A stretch of DNA of 64,000 nucleotides from a virus, in IMG/VR virus record IMGVR_UViG_3300027518_000006; one strand, given 5' to 3'. The position numbers and the translations under genes are program-made. Shown one piece after another: positions 28,308 to 37,758 of this stretch. Under the pieces are notes generated by a model. The model was not told where the DNA came from. It searched no databases and was given only the letters and a program-made list of their open reading frames with translations. How positions within the stretch are numbered: position 1 is the first letter of the stretch; each line of letters opens with the position of its first letter.

Positions 28308-30434
28308 TTAAGCGTTTGTAGTAGATGTGTAGATTGAAGTAGAACTATTTAAATATGGAGTCGTAGCAGCAGTGCCAGCATAATTTCCAAAAGTTGTCAT
28401 ACCACTACCTCCAGTAATTCTTAAACCGTAAAGTGCTATATTGCCTGATGAAGTACCTTTGTACATCCTATTACCTATTATAGAGCATCTGGTAGAAACA
28501 AGATCTATAAATATAAAACTATAAGTGTTGCTTGTTTCAGTAGACACATTCTTTATCATATTATTAGTTATCATACAATCATCAGAATTTTCTAAAATAA
28601 TACCGTGTCTCATTACCCACTCAATTCGATTAGAGGTAACCAAGGCTTCTACGCAATCTGCAAGATATATTGCATGTCTTCCAGTTGTAACTGCAGGGGA
28701 TGGTCTAAAATGATTTCCAGATATAACTAAGCCGTCTATGTTTCTAGCAGTTATACAATCTCTTCCTGTAGATTGACTTTGTTGGAATATGTTATTTTGA
28801 ATACTTATATTAAAAGATGTATGCCATGAATCTGAAGTAGAGGTTGTTCTAAAACCTAGTCCAACTCCGCCAGCACATTCAGAAAAATTATTACCTTGAA
28901 TAATTGCTTCTCTCCAAACAGCATCTGATCTAACAGCATATTCTGTCATCCCATCAAATGTGTTATTAATTACTTTAATTTCTTCGTGATATCTTTCTGC
29001 TAAAACTGTTGATCCACTTGTATCTGCAGAGTGACTTCCAACACCAGTTGGCCATGCTACTGTACCAGCAAATCCAGAAGATCCAAAATAACAGCCTTCT
29101 ACGGTTACATCTTTACAAGTTGTTTTATCGTAAGATCCAAATTCTCCAAATACCGTAGACCTAAATGCACCATCTATTTGTATAGCCTCTGAATAACTCC
29201 TTCCTCCAGTATCAACAAACCCAATAAATTTACAATCTTTAATTCTTACTGTCTTAGAACTATTTATTTCTATAGCATGAAATCCACCAACATTTCTAAA
29301 TGTTGATTGTTCTACAACTATATTGTCTCCATGTGCAAAACTAAATATATTAGATGGATTAAAAGGATATGCGGTTGCTCTACAATCCCAGTCTCCACCT
29401 ATAACTTTAATATTAGACTGTCCAGAATATTCAGAATAAGATGCACCAGTATCTCCATTCCACAACATACTACCACCAGAGTATTCTTTTCTCATGTAAG
29501 CAAATTTTGACATTAAAAGAGTTGTATAAGAATAAATTCTAAGTCCAGAACTTAAATTCCATAGCCCACTTGGAATGTATACCGTTCCCCCACCAGCATC
29601 TCTTGCTGCATTTAATGCATTTTGAATTTTTGATCTTGAATCTGCTTCATTTGAAACTGCTCCAAAGTCCCTAACAATATCATAAAAATTAGTTATTGGT
29701 GCAGCGCTTCCAGATCCACTAGCAGCCGAACCATTTAAAAGAATTCTATTATTAGCGTCATCGTAGGTTGCTGTTATGTTAGTGTGAAAATTATGGTTTA
29801 ACAATGGTGCTGCTGCATCTTGTATTTCTTCTGTTGTAACAATTACTGAAGCAGAAGAGGCTGATGCAGATAAAAGAATTCTATTATTAGCGTCATCATA
29901 TGTTGCTGTTATGTTTGTGTGAAATGCGTGATTTAAAAGAGGGGCTGCTGCATCTTGTATTTCTTCTGTTGTAGGCGAGGCTGAGGCAGAAAGTAATACT
30001 CTATTGCTGTCGTCATCGTAGGTTGCTGTTATGTTTGTATGAAAAGCATGATTAAATAAAGGTGCTGCTGCATCTTGAATTTGTTCTGTAGTAACTGTTG
30101 CAGATGGAGATGATCCTGTAATTAAAACACCGTTTACGGTTAAACTACTTCCAACAACGAGGTTTCCATTAATATTTGCATTGTTTATTACCGAAGCACT
30201 ATTTAAATTAGCAACTCCAGATGTAGTTAGGGTAGAAGTAGAAATATTTTTATTAGACAACAAATTTTCTATAGAACTATTAACAAATGCTGCAGAGGGA
30301 GTATTATAAATCAATATATCATTGGCAGAAGCGCTTACTATGTTTACCCCGCCAATTGCGTTTATATTTACTGCTTCTTGAAAAAGACTTGTCCACTGCC
30401 CAGTAGAAGAATCAAATACTTTTGGATATGTCAT
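28308..30434 (-). CDS. Tail spike / fibre with right-handed beta-helix (pectate lyase-like) domain
   Basis: DFGAV..ADSRSKIQNALNAA...GGGTVYIPSG.W; many I..N.F repeats. Confidence 0.8.
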   Translation of the reverse strand: MTYPKVFDSSTGQWTSLFQEAVNINAIGGVNIVSASANDILIYNTPSAAFVNSSIENLLSNKNISTSTLTTSGVANLNSASVINNANINGNLVVGSSLTVNGVLITGSSPSATVTTEQIQDAAAPLFNHAFHTNITATYDDDSNRVLLSASASPTTEEIQDAAAPLLNHAFHTNITATYDDANNRILLSASASSASVIVTTEEIQDAAAPLLNHNFHTNITATYDDANNRILLNGSAASGSGSAAPITNFYDIVRDFGAVSNEADSRSKIQNALNAARDAGGGTVYIPSGLWNLSSGLRIYSYTTLLMSKFAYMRKEYSGGSMLWNGDTGASYSEYSGQSNIKVIGGDWDCRATAYPFNPSNIFSFAHGDNIVVEQSTFRNVGGFHAIEINSSKTVRIKDCKFIGFVDTGGRSYSEAIQIDGAFRSTVFGEFGSYDKTTCKDVTVEGCYFGSSGFAGTVAWPTGVGSHSADTSGSTVLAERYHEEIKVINNTFDGMTEYAVRSDAVWREAIIQGNNFSECAGGVGLGFRTTSTSDSWHTSFNISIQNNIFQQSQSTGRDCITARNIDGLVISGNHFRPSPAVTTGRHAIYLADCVEALVTSNRIEWVMRHGIILENSDDCMITNNMIKNVSTETSNTYSFIFIDLVSTRCSIIGNRMYKGTSSGNIALYGLRITGGSGMTTFGNYAGTAATTPYLNSSTSIYTSTTNA
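29737..30092 (-). repeat. Three ~35-aa repeats TTEEIQDAAAPLLNHAFHTNITATYDDANNRILL
   Basis: Near-identical copies at about 29737-29840, 29872-29972, 29993-30092. Confidence 0.9.
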
Positions 30435-30904
30435 AACTCTATTACACCTGTATCAAAAACTTGAATACTTTCTATTTTTTCTGGTGGGAAAGGATAACTT
30501 GGAAGTTGTCCTACAACTCTTAAAGATGTTGGACTTTCTCCTTCTTCTGAAAATATCACTGTACTATTATTTGCAATTCTTCCATAAAACTCAAAATCTG
30601 CATAATAGTCCCACTTTATAAAAAGATCATATTCAGAAATTTTTCTTCTTACAACACTTCCAGAAGGTAGGTCTATTGTTATTTCTTCTTTCCAATTTAA
30701 TTCGTAAGGACCACCTTCTTTAAGTGCTACAACTCTTGCATCTACTTGATTTGGGCTAATTTGACCAATGCTTGTTAAACTAAAAATTTTAGACCATTCT
30801 GAAATACTGTTTCTATCTTCTGAGGATATTCTAAATCTAATAGAATGTTTTCCATTTTTATAAGGTGGAGGCAATTTTTCTAAAGGAATTCTAAACTTTG
30901 CCAC
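30431..30904 (-). CDS. Minor tail protein
   Basis: Position in tail module. Confidence 0.5.
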   Translation of the reverse strand: MAKFRIPLEKLPPPYKNGKHSIRFRISSEDRNSISEWSKIFSLTSIGQISPNQVDARVVALKEGGPYELNWKEEITIDLPSGSVVRRKISEYDLFIKWDYYADFEFYGRIANNSTVIFSEEGESPTSLRVVGQLPSYPFPPEKIESIQVFDTGVIEL

Positions 30905-32031
30905 TATCCATCAACGCCCAACCCAAACCTATACTCAATATAGTTATTAGTATTTTCTGATTTTAAAATAGGTAAAGCGTTCTGTGTAGATATTAAATTG
31001 TATCCTACTAGTGAATAAAGAGGGTTTAGAGTAGATATATTTTCTATTCTCATACCGTCATAAATAATAAAGTAATTGTTTGTAGGTACCCCCGAACTTA
31101 ATACAGAAGTAAATATCTTGATGTAGTTAATGTTTGCAAAAGAAAAATTATCATCTTTAATTAATTGTGATATATCTCTTGTGATTACAAGATATCTGTT
31201 TGCTGAACCGTCTTGTGTAAAATCAGCAGAGGTTAGTCCTATATTCAACGTTGCCTTTGGACGTTCTGAATCAATATTAGAAACGTTATTTATAAACTGA
31301 ATTACTATTCTAACATTATCTGGGTTTGTATTTTGACTAAAAGTTCTACTTACTAGGCTTAGTGCTATTTTAATTTTATCTGTAGGGTTATTTCTACTTA
31401 GATCAAAGTTTAATGTAGAATTTTCTAAATATGCTGCACCCTCTGGTATAGTATAGGATGAGTTTATGTAAGAACTACTTCCACTTACCATCAATGCTTT
31501 GCTTAGTAGTCTTGGGGGCTCTTGTCTTATCTTTCTTGTATTGTTATTAAAGATATCTGAGTCAGAGTTAACAAATTGTGCTGATAAAGATGTTGTGATA
31601 TTGCCGTTATTGTCTCCGCTGTCAATTGCACCGTTTGGCTGTAATAAAACTGGTGATGCTGCTCCTGTTACAACATAAGACCATTGTTCAATAGGGCTAA
31701 AGGTAACTATCAGTTTGCTATCATACTTTCCAGCAACAGAGTTTGCTCCTGCTGGGTATAGTCCAACCTCTGATATAAGGTATCTTTGGCTTGTTGGCAT
31801 TTCTGCTTTAAATACAATTTTTTCTACATTGTCCTCTTTAACAAAACCTTTGGCTATAATTGGAACCCTAAAAACCTCAAAATCAAGGGATTGTACGGAG
31901 GCTGATACTAATGATGCCTCTCCTGTTTCTAGTGGCTTAGGACCGCTTCCAGCGGCTATATGGGTGGCAAAAGCAGGTGCTTGTCCAAGTAGGAACTTTG
32001 CAATAATCTGTTTTCCGTTATTTGTTATCAT
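30904..32031 (-). CDS. Minor tail / baseplate protein
   Basis: MITNNGKQIIAKFL..., ISEVGLY; tail module. Confidence 0.55.
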   Translation of the reverse strand: MITNNGKQIIAKFLLGQAPAFATHIAAGSGPKPLETGEASLVSASVQSLDFEVFRVPIIAKGFVKEDNVEKIVFKAEMPTSQRYLISEVGLYPAGANSVAGKYDSKLIVTFSPIEQWSYVVTGAASPVLLQPNGAIDSGDNNGNITTSLSAQFVNSDSDIFNNNTRKIRQEPPRLLSKALMVSGSSSYINSSYTIPEGAAYLENSTLNFDLSRNNPTDKIKIALSLVSRTFSQNTNPDNVRIVIQFINNVSNIDSERPKATLNIGLTSADFTQDGSANRYLVITRDISQLIKDDNFSFANINYIKIFTSVLSSGVPTNNYFIIYDGMRIENISTLNPLYSLVGYNLISTQNALPILKSENTNNYIEYRFGLGVDG

Positions 32032-32771
32032 AATTGATCCACTTCAAATATTGTACCACTTGTGTCTATCTCAATTTCTACAATTTCAGAATCTTTTAAA
32101 TTAACAACTTCAATAACTAAATCTCCATTAGTATCTATATAAAGATAATCAGTTAAATTATTTTCTAAAAGGTATGTGTCAGAAGGGATTTTATCTTGTA
32201 GTTTAATAGGGAATATATCAAAAAATGAAGAGTCTGTTTTTTGAAGAGATATAAGGCTAGAAGGGTCAAATTTTCTTTTAATATCTGATAGGTTAGATAT
32301 AACATCATAGTATGGATTTATACCCTCGACTGTATCGTGTCTAACAAACTTAGTTAATTCATTGGCCCCAACGTTTTCAAATAATAGATTAGTTATTGTT
32401 TCTGCACTTACGGTTTCTTGTGCAAGACTTACTACGTCTCTTTCTGGAACCCTAACCATTTGTGGTGGTGGTGGAGGAAGTTGGACTACTGGCTCTGAAT
32501 TACTATAGTTTGTATCTGGCGGCGGTGGATTATTGCTTGACTGTTGTTGTTTAACAATTCCAGAATTAAACTTAAAATTTGTACCAGAAAACAAAACAGT
32601 TGTTCCTGCTTTTTGTCTAGCAGCCAAAGTTTTATTTTGTGTTATTGCTTGTTGAACTTGTTTTGTAGTTACTTGTTGTTTAAGTTGTGCAGAAAGATCT
32701 TTTGCAATTTTTGCAGGAGTATCTCCTTTTTGAACAGTTACCTTTCCAGTATTTTTATCTATTTTTGCCAT
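32028..32771 (-). CDS. Tail protein with N-terminal LysM-like segment
   Basis: VTVQKGDTPAKIAK, poly-Pro linker. Confidence 0.5.
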   Translation of the reverse strand: MAKIDKNTGKVTVQKGDTPAKIAKDLSAQLKQQVTTKQVQQAITQNKTLAARQKAGTTVLFSGTNFKFNSGIVKQQQSSNNPPPPDTNYSNSEPVVQLPPPPPQMVRVPERDVVSLAQETVSAETITNLLFENVGANELTKFVRHDTVEGINPYYDVISNLSDIKRKFDPSSLISLQKTDSSFFDIFPIKLQDKIPSDTYLLENNLTDYLYIDTNGDLVIEVVNLKDSEIVEIEIDTSGTIFEVDQL

Positions 32772-35700
32772 TATACTTCCACGACCTTAAGTCTATTAGA
32801 AACTCCTCCAGAAGATCTAGAGTATGATATTTCTGATATAACAAATTTTTTATCTGGATCTACAAACAGGTCGTCATCTGGAAGGGTATAGTTAATTTTT
32901 ACAATATCCCCTAATTGTAAGTGTGGGGTTCCAAAGGTTTGAATAGACATAGTCTTTCTTGGCTTAACTGTTTTTTTAACCATCCATTCCATTATATCTC
33001 TTGCTAAATCACTACTTTGAATATATGCAGAGTCTAAAGAAAAAGATCTATCTCCATATTTAGATCTACTTAACTTAACATCTTGATATATTTTATCTGC
33101 CCTTTGAGGAGACCTAATGGTATTATTAACAACAATAGGGTCTGAAAAATTAGATATGTCTCTATAGTAGTCATCAACAGTTAATACATTAGAAGTATTT
33201 TGAGTAAATGTTACTCCTACTATTCTTAAATAACTACCCGAAGTTTCATCTAGCACAATTGCCTTATCTGTATTATTGAATATTAAGAACTCTGCTCCGT
33301 ATGAGCCAGCCCTAAAACCAGACACGGTATAGGTTTTCTCGCTGTTAAAAGTTGGGGCAAGGAAAGCAAGAAATGCTGGGAATGCTTTGTCATACTTAAT
33401 ATTAAAATAAGCACACTCTCTTAGTATAGTTCCAAACTCTTCAAAGTATATAGAGTATTTTGGAGCATTGTTCGAACTAATTCCAGAAAGATATGTTGAC
33501 TGGACCAAGCCAGATACAGCATACTTTCTTATAGCGTCAGAAGAAGATATATCTCTATTTGAAAATACATTTGATACACTGTTTACTACAGATACACTAC
33601 TTTCTTTACTTTGTAAATTCTTTAATGCATATACATTTTCAAACATACATTTTGATGAGCCGCGGGTAAACAAAGCAATATTATTATATGCTGGCAAAGG
33701 ATCTGTATCATCTACTGTAGATATTAATATGTTATTTAGATATAGATAGAATCTTCTAGTTGTACCTATGTTTTCATATTCAATGGCTAAATCGTATACC
33801 GTTGGATTTTTTTGATTTAGTAGTCTATCTTGTCCAACAAACTTTCCTTCATCAACAAGTATCTGGGTTAGTCCTCCGTACAACTTATACGGAACTGCTA
33901 CTGTAGCACCATTTACGGTTCCTGGCTGAACTTTATAAAATACAATATTGTGCAATACGCTAGTTGTCTGGTTAGTAACAGCATCTGCTAGTGTATATTT
34001 TTGTAAATTATCTCCAGTTAAAGATATAATTTCAAAAAAGTATCCATAGTTATTATCTGGGTTTACCATTGCTGCAATACCACCAGACCCACCTACTACT
34101 GTTGAAGGTTCGTTTGCTGTTTGAGGATCTACGGAATAATAATCTGAAGCATTTTGTGCTGTTAGTATTTTCTCGCTTGCTTCTGGTTTTCCAATAATTC
34201 TCATTCTTGTTCCAAAGTGTTTATAGTCTTGATCCATTGCTTTGTATACATAAGTTACAAAATCTGTTTTATTAATTGTTGCTGGCATTGGGGTTGGTCC
34301 TGTAAAAATAAAAGCAGAAGATTGAACCGTTCCGCTTGCAGTTGTTTTAAGTGATTTAACAAAGTCATCATCTGGAACATTTTGTCTCATAAAGTTTGCT
34401 AAAATTCCTGTTCTAGAAGAAGTAATTGCCGTAGTTGTGTCTGCTCCAACTGTTGGACCAAGTGCTACTTTTGTAGGAAAAGGAATAGACGCTGTTGGTG
34501 TAGTTGTAAATAAAAATTGAGATGCCATTTTTATGCCACGAACATACGAATTGTCTGACCAGTAACTTGATAGACCAGCGTTATGCTCAACTGCGGTTGT
34601 TCCAAATTGTGCACGTCCATGTGATTTTACAACACCATTTTTGTAAGTAACTCCTGGCTCTAATCCAACTACTGCTGCAGAGTCTAACTCTTCATAGAAT
34701 GGTTCTGTATAAATTCTTATATTGCCAGTAGCGTACATTTTTCCATTAAAGGGAAGTGTTGAAAAATATTTTTGATACTCTTGATTACTTGTAAGAAAGA
34801 ATGTTCCTTGTCCTGGAATTGTATACTCTACTGCATCGTATCTAATAACTTCTCCATTAGCGTAAAGGTATCCTTGAAATCTTGGTAGCCAGTATACGTT
34901 TTCTCCAATGTCTATAATGTTATTTCTAATTATATTGTTTTCAACATATGGTACAGATGCTGATAGTGTTGTATTTAATGCTACCGCTCCCAAAGCGTAT
35001 CCACCAGATTTTGACTGCTCGTTTACTGTTTTAGTCTCTTGTTGGTCTGCTATCTCCCATAGCAATACTGGTTTATAAACATAAGTTCTATCTTGATCTA
35101 CTTTTATTGCTTGATTTAATGATGATACAGATCTTTGTATATATCTTGTAACATAGTTAATTCTTCCATTATTAATAATTTTTGTTTCTACCCCATCAAT
35201 ACTTATAATGTTAGGTAGTACTGATCCGCTAGATACTGCAGTTTTTTCTGCATACAATACATAATCTTCTTCTCTTTGATAAGTTTCAGGTAGTAGGTAT
35301 TCTTTTGACATTACTACAAAGTTATTGTATTCGTCAAAGAACATTGCTGTTTGAGTTGCTATTGCTAGTCTTTCTAATACCTCTGCTACTGAAGCGTCTG
35401 GCTCAACAAAGAAATATGGAATGATTGGATCGTTTGTATTAGTTATATTTTTAAATACATAGTTACTAAATCCTATATAGTCTAAAAGCACTGCAACTGC
35501 TTTTGTTAAGGTCGTGTTATTAAGCATGATGCTTGGGGCTGTCATTGTTTCTAGCCTAAAGAAGTTATCTCTTAGTGGTATGGATAGATTTGAAAGTCCA
35601 CCTACAACAGATGGGAACTCTTCGGAAAAGAAAGTTTTTAAAGGAATAAATTTATCATAGCCATTAACATTTAATATTGCTTCATAGAAGTCAAACTTTA

Positions 35701-37156
35701 CATTTGGTTTTAATAGTCCATATACAAGGCTGTCAGTATTATTTTCATTGAATGCCCCGTCATAATTTAATAATTCAACCTGTCCGTTTGAGGCTACTAA
35801 GCCACCTACTGGCAAGCCATAGTCAGATTTAGATATAGTTTTATTAGTTTCAAAACTTAATACATATGAAGATATGTCTGCTTTTAATCTAGGAGATAGT
35901 TCTATTAAATCAAAGGTAGTATTAGGTCCATACATAGTTTCTACTACTAGTCTTAATCCTTTTAGATATACTACATCTCTATATACCCTTTGATTATTTA
36001 TTGTATAAAATAAGGGGTCAGATAAATCTTTAACCATACCGATTCTTTTAGTATCGTCATCTTCTAATAAGGAGAATCCGTATTCGGGAATTGACACGTC
36101 CCATTCTCCAGAGTCGTAATTCCAAATATACAGAGTTCCAGGACTTGATGTGGTTGCTCCAACAATGTAGGATTCTCCGTTAGTTAGTCCAAACGAAAGT
36201 TGGGTACTGGCACTAAGGTATTCAACAAAATTAAATGAGTCTTTATATTCATCTGGAACTTTTATTCCATAATATATTTCTGTATATCCATCCCATGAAA
36301 CTATATTTGTATTATCTCTTCTTAAACTATTTTCATCAAATGATATTGCTTCTACCCAATTATTATTTTCATCTAGGTATTGTATCTTCCATCTTTTAGG
36401 AATACTAGACTTAGTTATATCTCCAAGAGGATCTACTATTGTTTGACCGTCAGAGGTTCTTATATTTGCAATAGGATCTTCTGCAAGATTAGTTTGCATT
36501 TTTACAACTATTCTATTTGACGGAAGTGCTGTCTCGTATGTTACAAAAGGTGCAACATCGTCAATCTTGTGTCCAATTCCAGCAAAAACTATATCTCCAC
36601 CTGAGTCTCTAACTACAGTTGAGTCTACAGCAGAAGATATACCAAATTCAAAAGTGCTAGTATTATCATTAGATGTTACAGATTCTTTACGATACGAATT
36701 CCAGTATTTAAATTTATCATATCTAGAAGCCATATAATATCTTGGTCTTCTACCTGATCTTATGTTGTCTACATATTTATTATTAAACCATAAGGCTTTG
36801 TTTATACCTGAGCGTGGGCGAAAGGGTTGAAAACATTCTTTAAGTGAAAAATATAATTCTCTATCTACTTCATTTGTAGTAAACAATAAAGAAGCATCGT
36901 TGTCATCTACAGCATACTCTGAAACTGTCTTAGATTCTAAAGCATCTAAATAATAGTTCGCGGTATCGTTAGAATCATATGAATTAATTAAATTAACATA
37001 TATAGATGATGCTGCATTGCCTGGTCTATATCTATAGTTTCCATAATTAGAAATATTCTCTAAATCATTTAAATTCCATTCAGCAGTTACTAATGATTCT
37101 ATTTGTAATGTATTTTTAGTTTTTATATGATCTAAAAGTTCTTCATCATTGAACAT
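32771..37156 (-). CDS. Large tail hub / Tal-like protein
   Basis: After Dit-like gene; C-terminal GTPHLQLGDIV...FVISEISY hub motif. Confidence 0.65.
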   Translation of the reverse strand: MFNDEELLDHIKTKNTLQIESLVTAEWNLNDLENISNYGNYRYRPGNAASSIYVNLINSYDSNDTANYYLDALESKTVSEYAVDDNDASLLFTTNEVDRELYFSLKECFQPFRPRSGINKALWFNNKYVDNIRSGRRPRYYMASRYDKFKYWNSYRKESVTSNDNTSTFEFGISSAVDSTVVRDSGGDIVFAGIGHKIDDVAPFVTYETALPSNRIVVKMQTNLAEDPIANIRTSDGQTIVDPLGDITKSSIPKRWKIQYLDENNNWVEAISFDENSLRRDNTNIVSWDGYTEIYYGIKVPDEYKDSFNFVEYLSASTQLSFGLTNGESYIVGATTSSPGTLYIWNYDSGEWDVSIPEYGFSLLEDDDTKRIGMVKDLSDPLFYTINNQRVYRDVVYLKGLRLVVETMYGPNTTFDLIELSPRLKADISSYVLSFETNKTISKSDYGLPVGGLVASNGQVELLNYDGAFNENNTDSLVYGLLKPNVKFDFYEAILNVNGYDKFIPLKTFFSEEFPSVVGGLSNLSIPLRDNFFRLETMTAPSIMLNNTTLTKAVAVLLDYIGFSNYVFKNITNTNDPIIPYFFVEPDASVAEVLERLAIATQTAMFFDEYNNFVVMSKEYLLPETYQREEDYVLYAEKTAVSSGSVLPNIISIDGVETKIINNGRINYVTRYIQRSVSSLNQAIKVDQDRTYVYKPVLLWEIADQQETKTVNEQSKSGGYALGAVALNTTLSASVPYVENNIIRNNIIDIGENVYWLPRFQGYLYANGEVIRYDAVEYTIPGQGTFFLTSNQEYQKYFSTLPFNGKMYATGNIRIYTEPFYEELDSAAVVGLEPGVTYKNGVVKSHGRAQFGTTAVEHNAGLSSYWSDNSYVRGIKMASQFLFTTTPTASIPFPTKVALGPTVGADTTTAITSSRTGILANFMRQNVPDDDFVKSLKTTASGTVQSSAFIFTGPTPMPATINKTDFVTYVYKAMDQDYKHFGTRMRIIGKPEASEKILTAQNASDYYSVDPQTANEPSTVVGGSGGIAAMVNPDNNYGYFFEIISLTGDNLQKYTLADAVTNQTTSVLHNIVFYKVQPGTVNGATVAVPYKLYGGLTQILVDEGKFVGQDRLLNQKNPTVYDLAIEYENIGTTRRFYLYLNNILISTVDDTDPLPAYNNIALFTRGSSKCMFENVYALKNLQSKESSVSVVNSVSNVFSNRDISSSDAIRKYAVSGLVQSTYLSGISSNNAPKYSIYFEEFGTILRECAYFNIKYDKAFPAFLAFLAPTFNSEKTYTVSGFRAGSYGAEFLIFNNTDKAIVLDETSGSYLRIVGVTFTQNTSNVLTVDDYYRDISNFSDPIVVNNTIRSPQRADKIYQDVKLSRSKYGDRSFSLDSAYIQSSDLARDIMEWMVKKTVKPRKTMSIQTFGTPHLQLGDIVKINYTLPDDDLFVDPDKKFVISEISYSRSSGGVSNRLKVVEV

Positions 37157-37758
37157 TATACTTCCTCAAGGGTAACAGATATGTTCCAGAAGTCGTGTGT
37201 TTCTCCGCCTCGTTTAACAACAGAATAATCAAACCCTGCAAACAAAACCTCTATAACCTCGTTATACTGACCAAACCTTGAATACTCACTAGTAGTAAAA
37301 TTATCAAATCTATCGTATGCTAAAAACATATAAAATGAACCTGGATGGTTATCGTACCACTTTACGATATCTACTCCACCAGCACCGTTATCTACAGTGT
37401 ATGGGGTAAGACCGTTGGCAGTTACTACTCCTGTGTTACTATATGCTGGGTCTCCGCTATAGGCTCTTGATGGAAGCATGTCCCATGACCAAGATACGCC
37501 TGTCTTATCTGCGATATGATATGAACGCATAGAACCAGAAATCATTCTTTGTCTATTTTCAAGTCTTTGTTTAGTAAAGTTTATTTCACTTCTATTATGG
37601 TCAGAAAGAATTAAAAAGTCTTCTCCTTCTTCTACCCCGCCTGGAACTAATAGTCCAGCATCTGATATTGAAAATGTGTCAGCCCATGCAACAGCCTGTG
37701 GTCTTTTTCTTAAACCACTTAAATTCCATCTATTATTTATATAAGTTTGATTAGGCAT
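37156..37758 (-). CDS. Distal tail (Dit-like) protein
   Basis: Directly downstream of TMP; ends WNISVTLEEV. Confidence 0.55.
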   Translation of the reverse strand: MPNQTYINNRWNLSGLRKRPQAVAWADTFSISDAGLLVPGGVEEGEDFLILSDHNRSEINFTKQRLENRQRMISGSMRSYHIADKTGVSWSWDMLPSRAYSGDPAYSNTGVVTANGLTPYTVDNGAGGVDIVKWYDNHPGSFYMFLAYDRFDNFTTSEYSRFGQYNEVIEVLFAGFDYSVVKRGGETHDFWNISVTLEEV

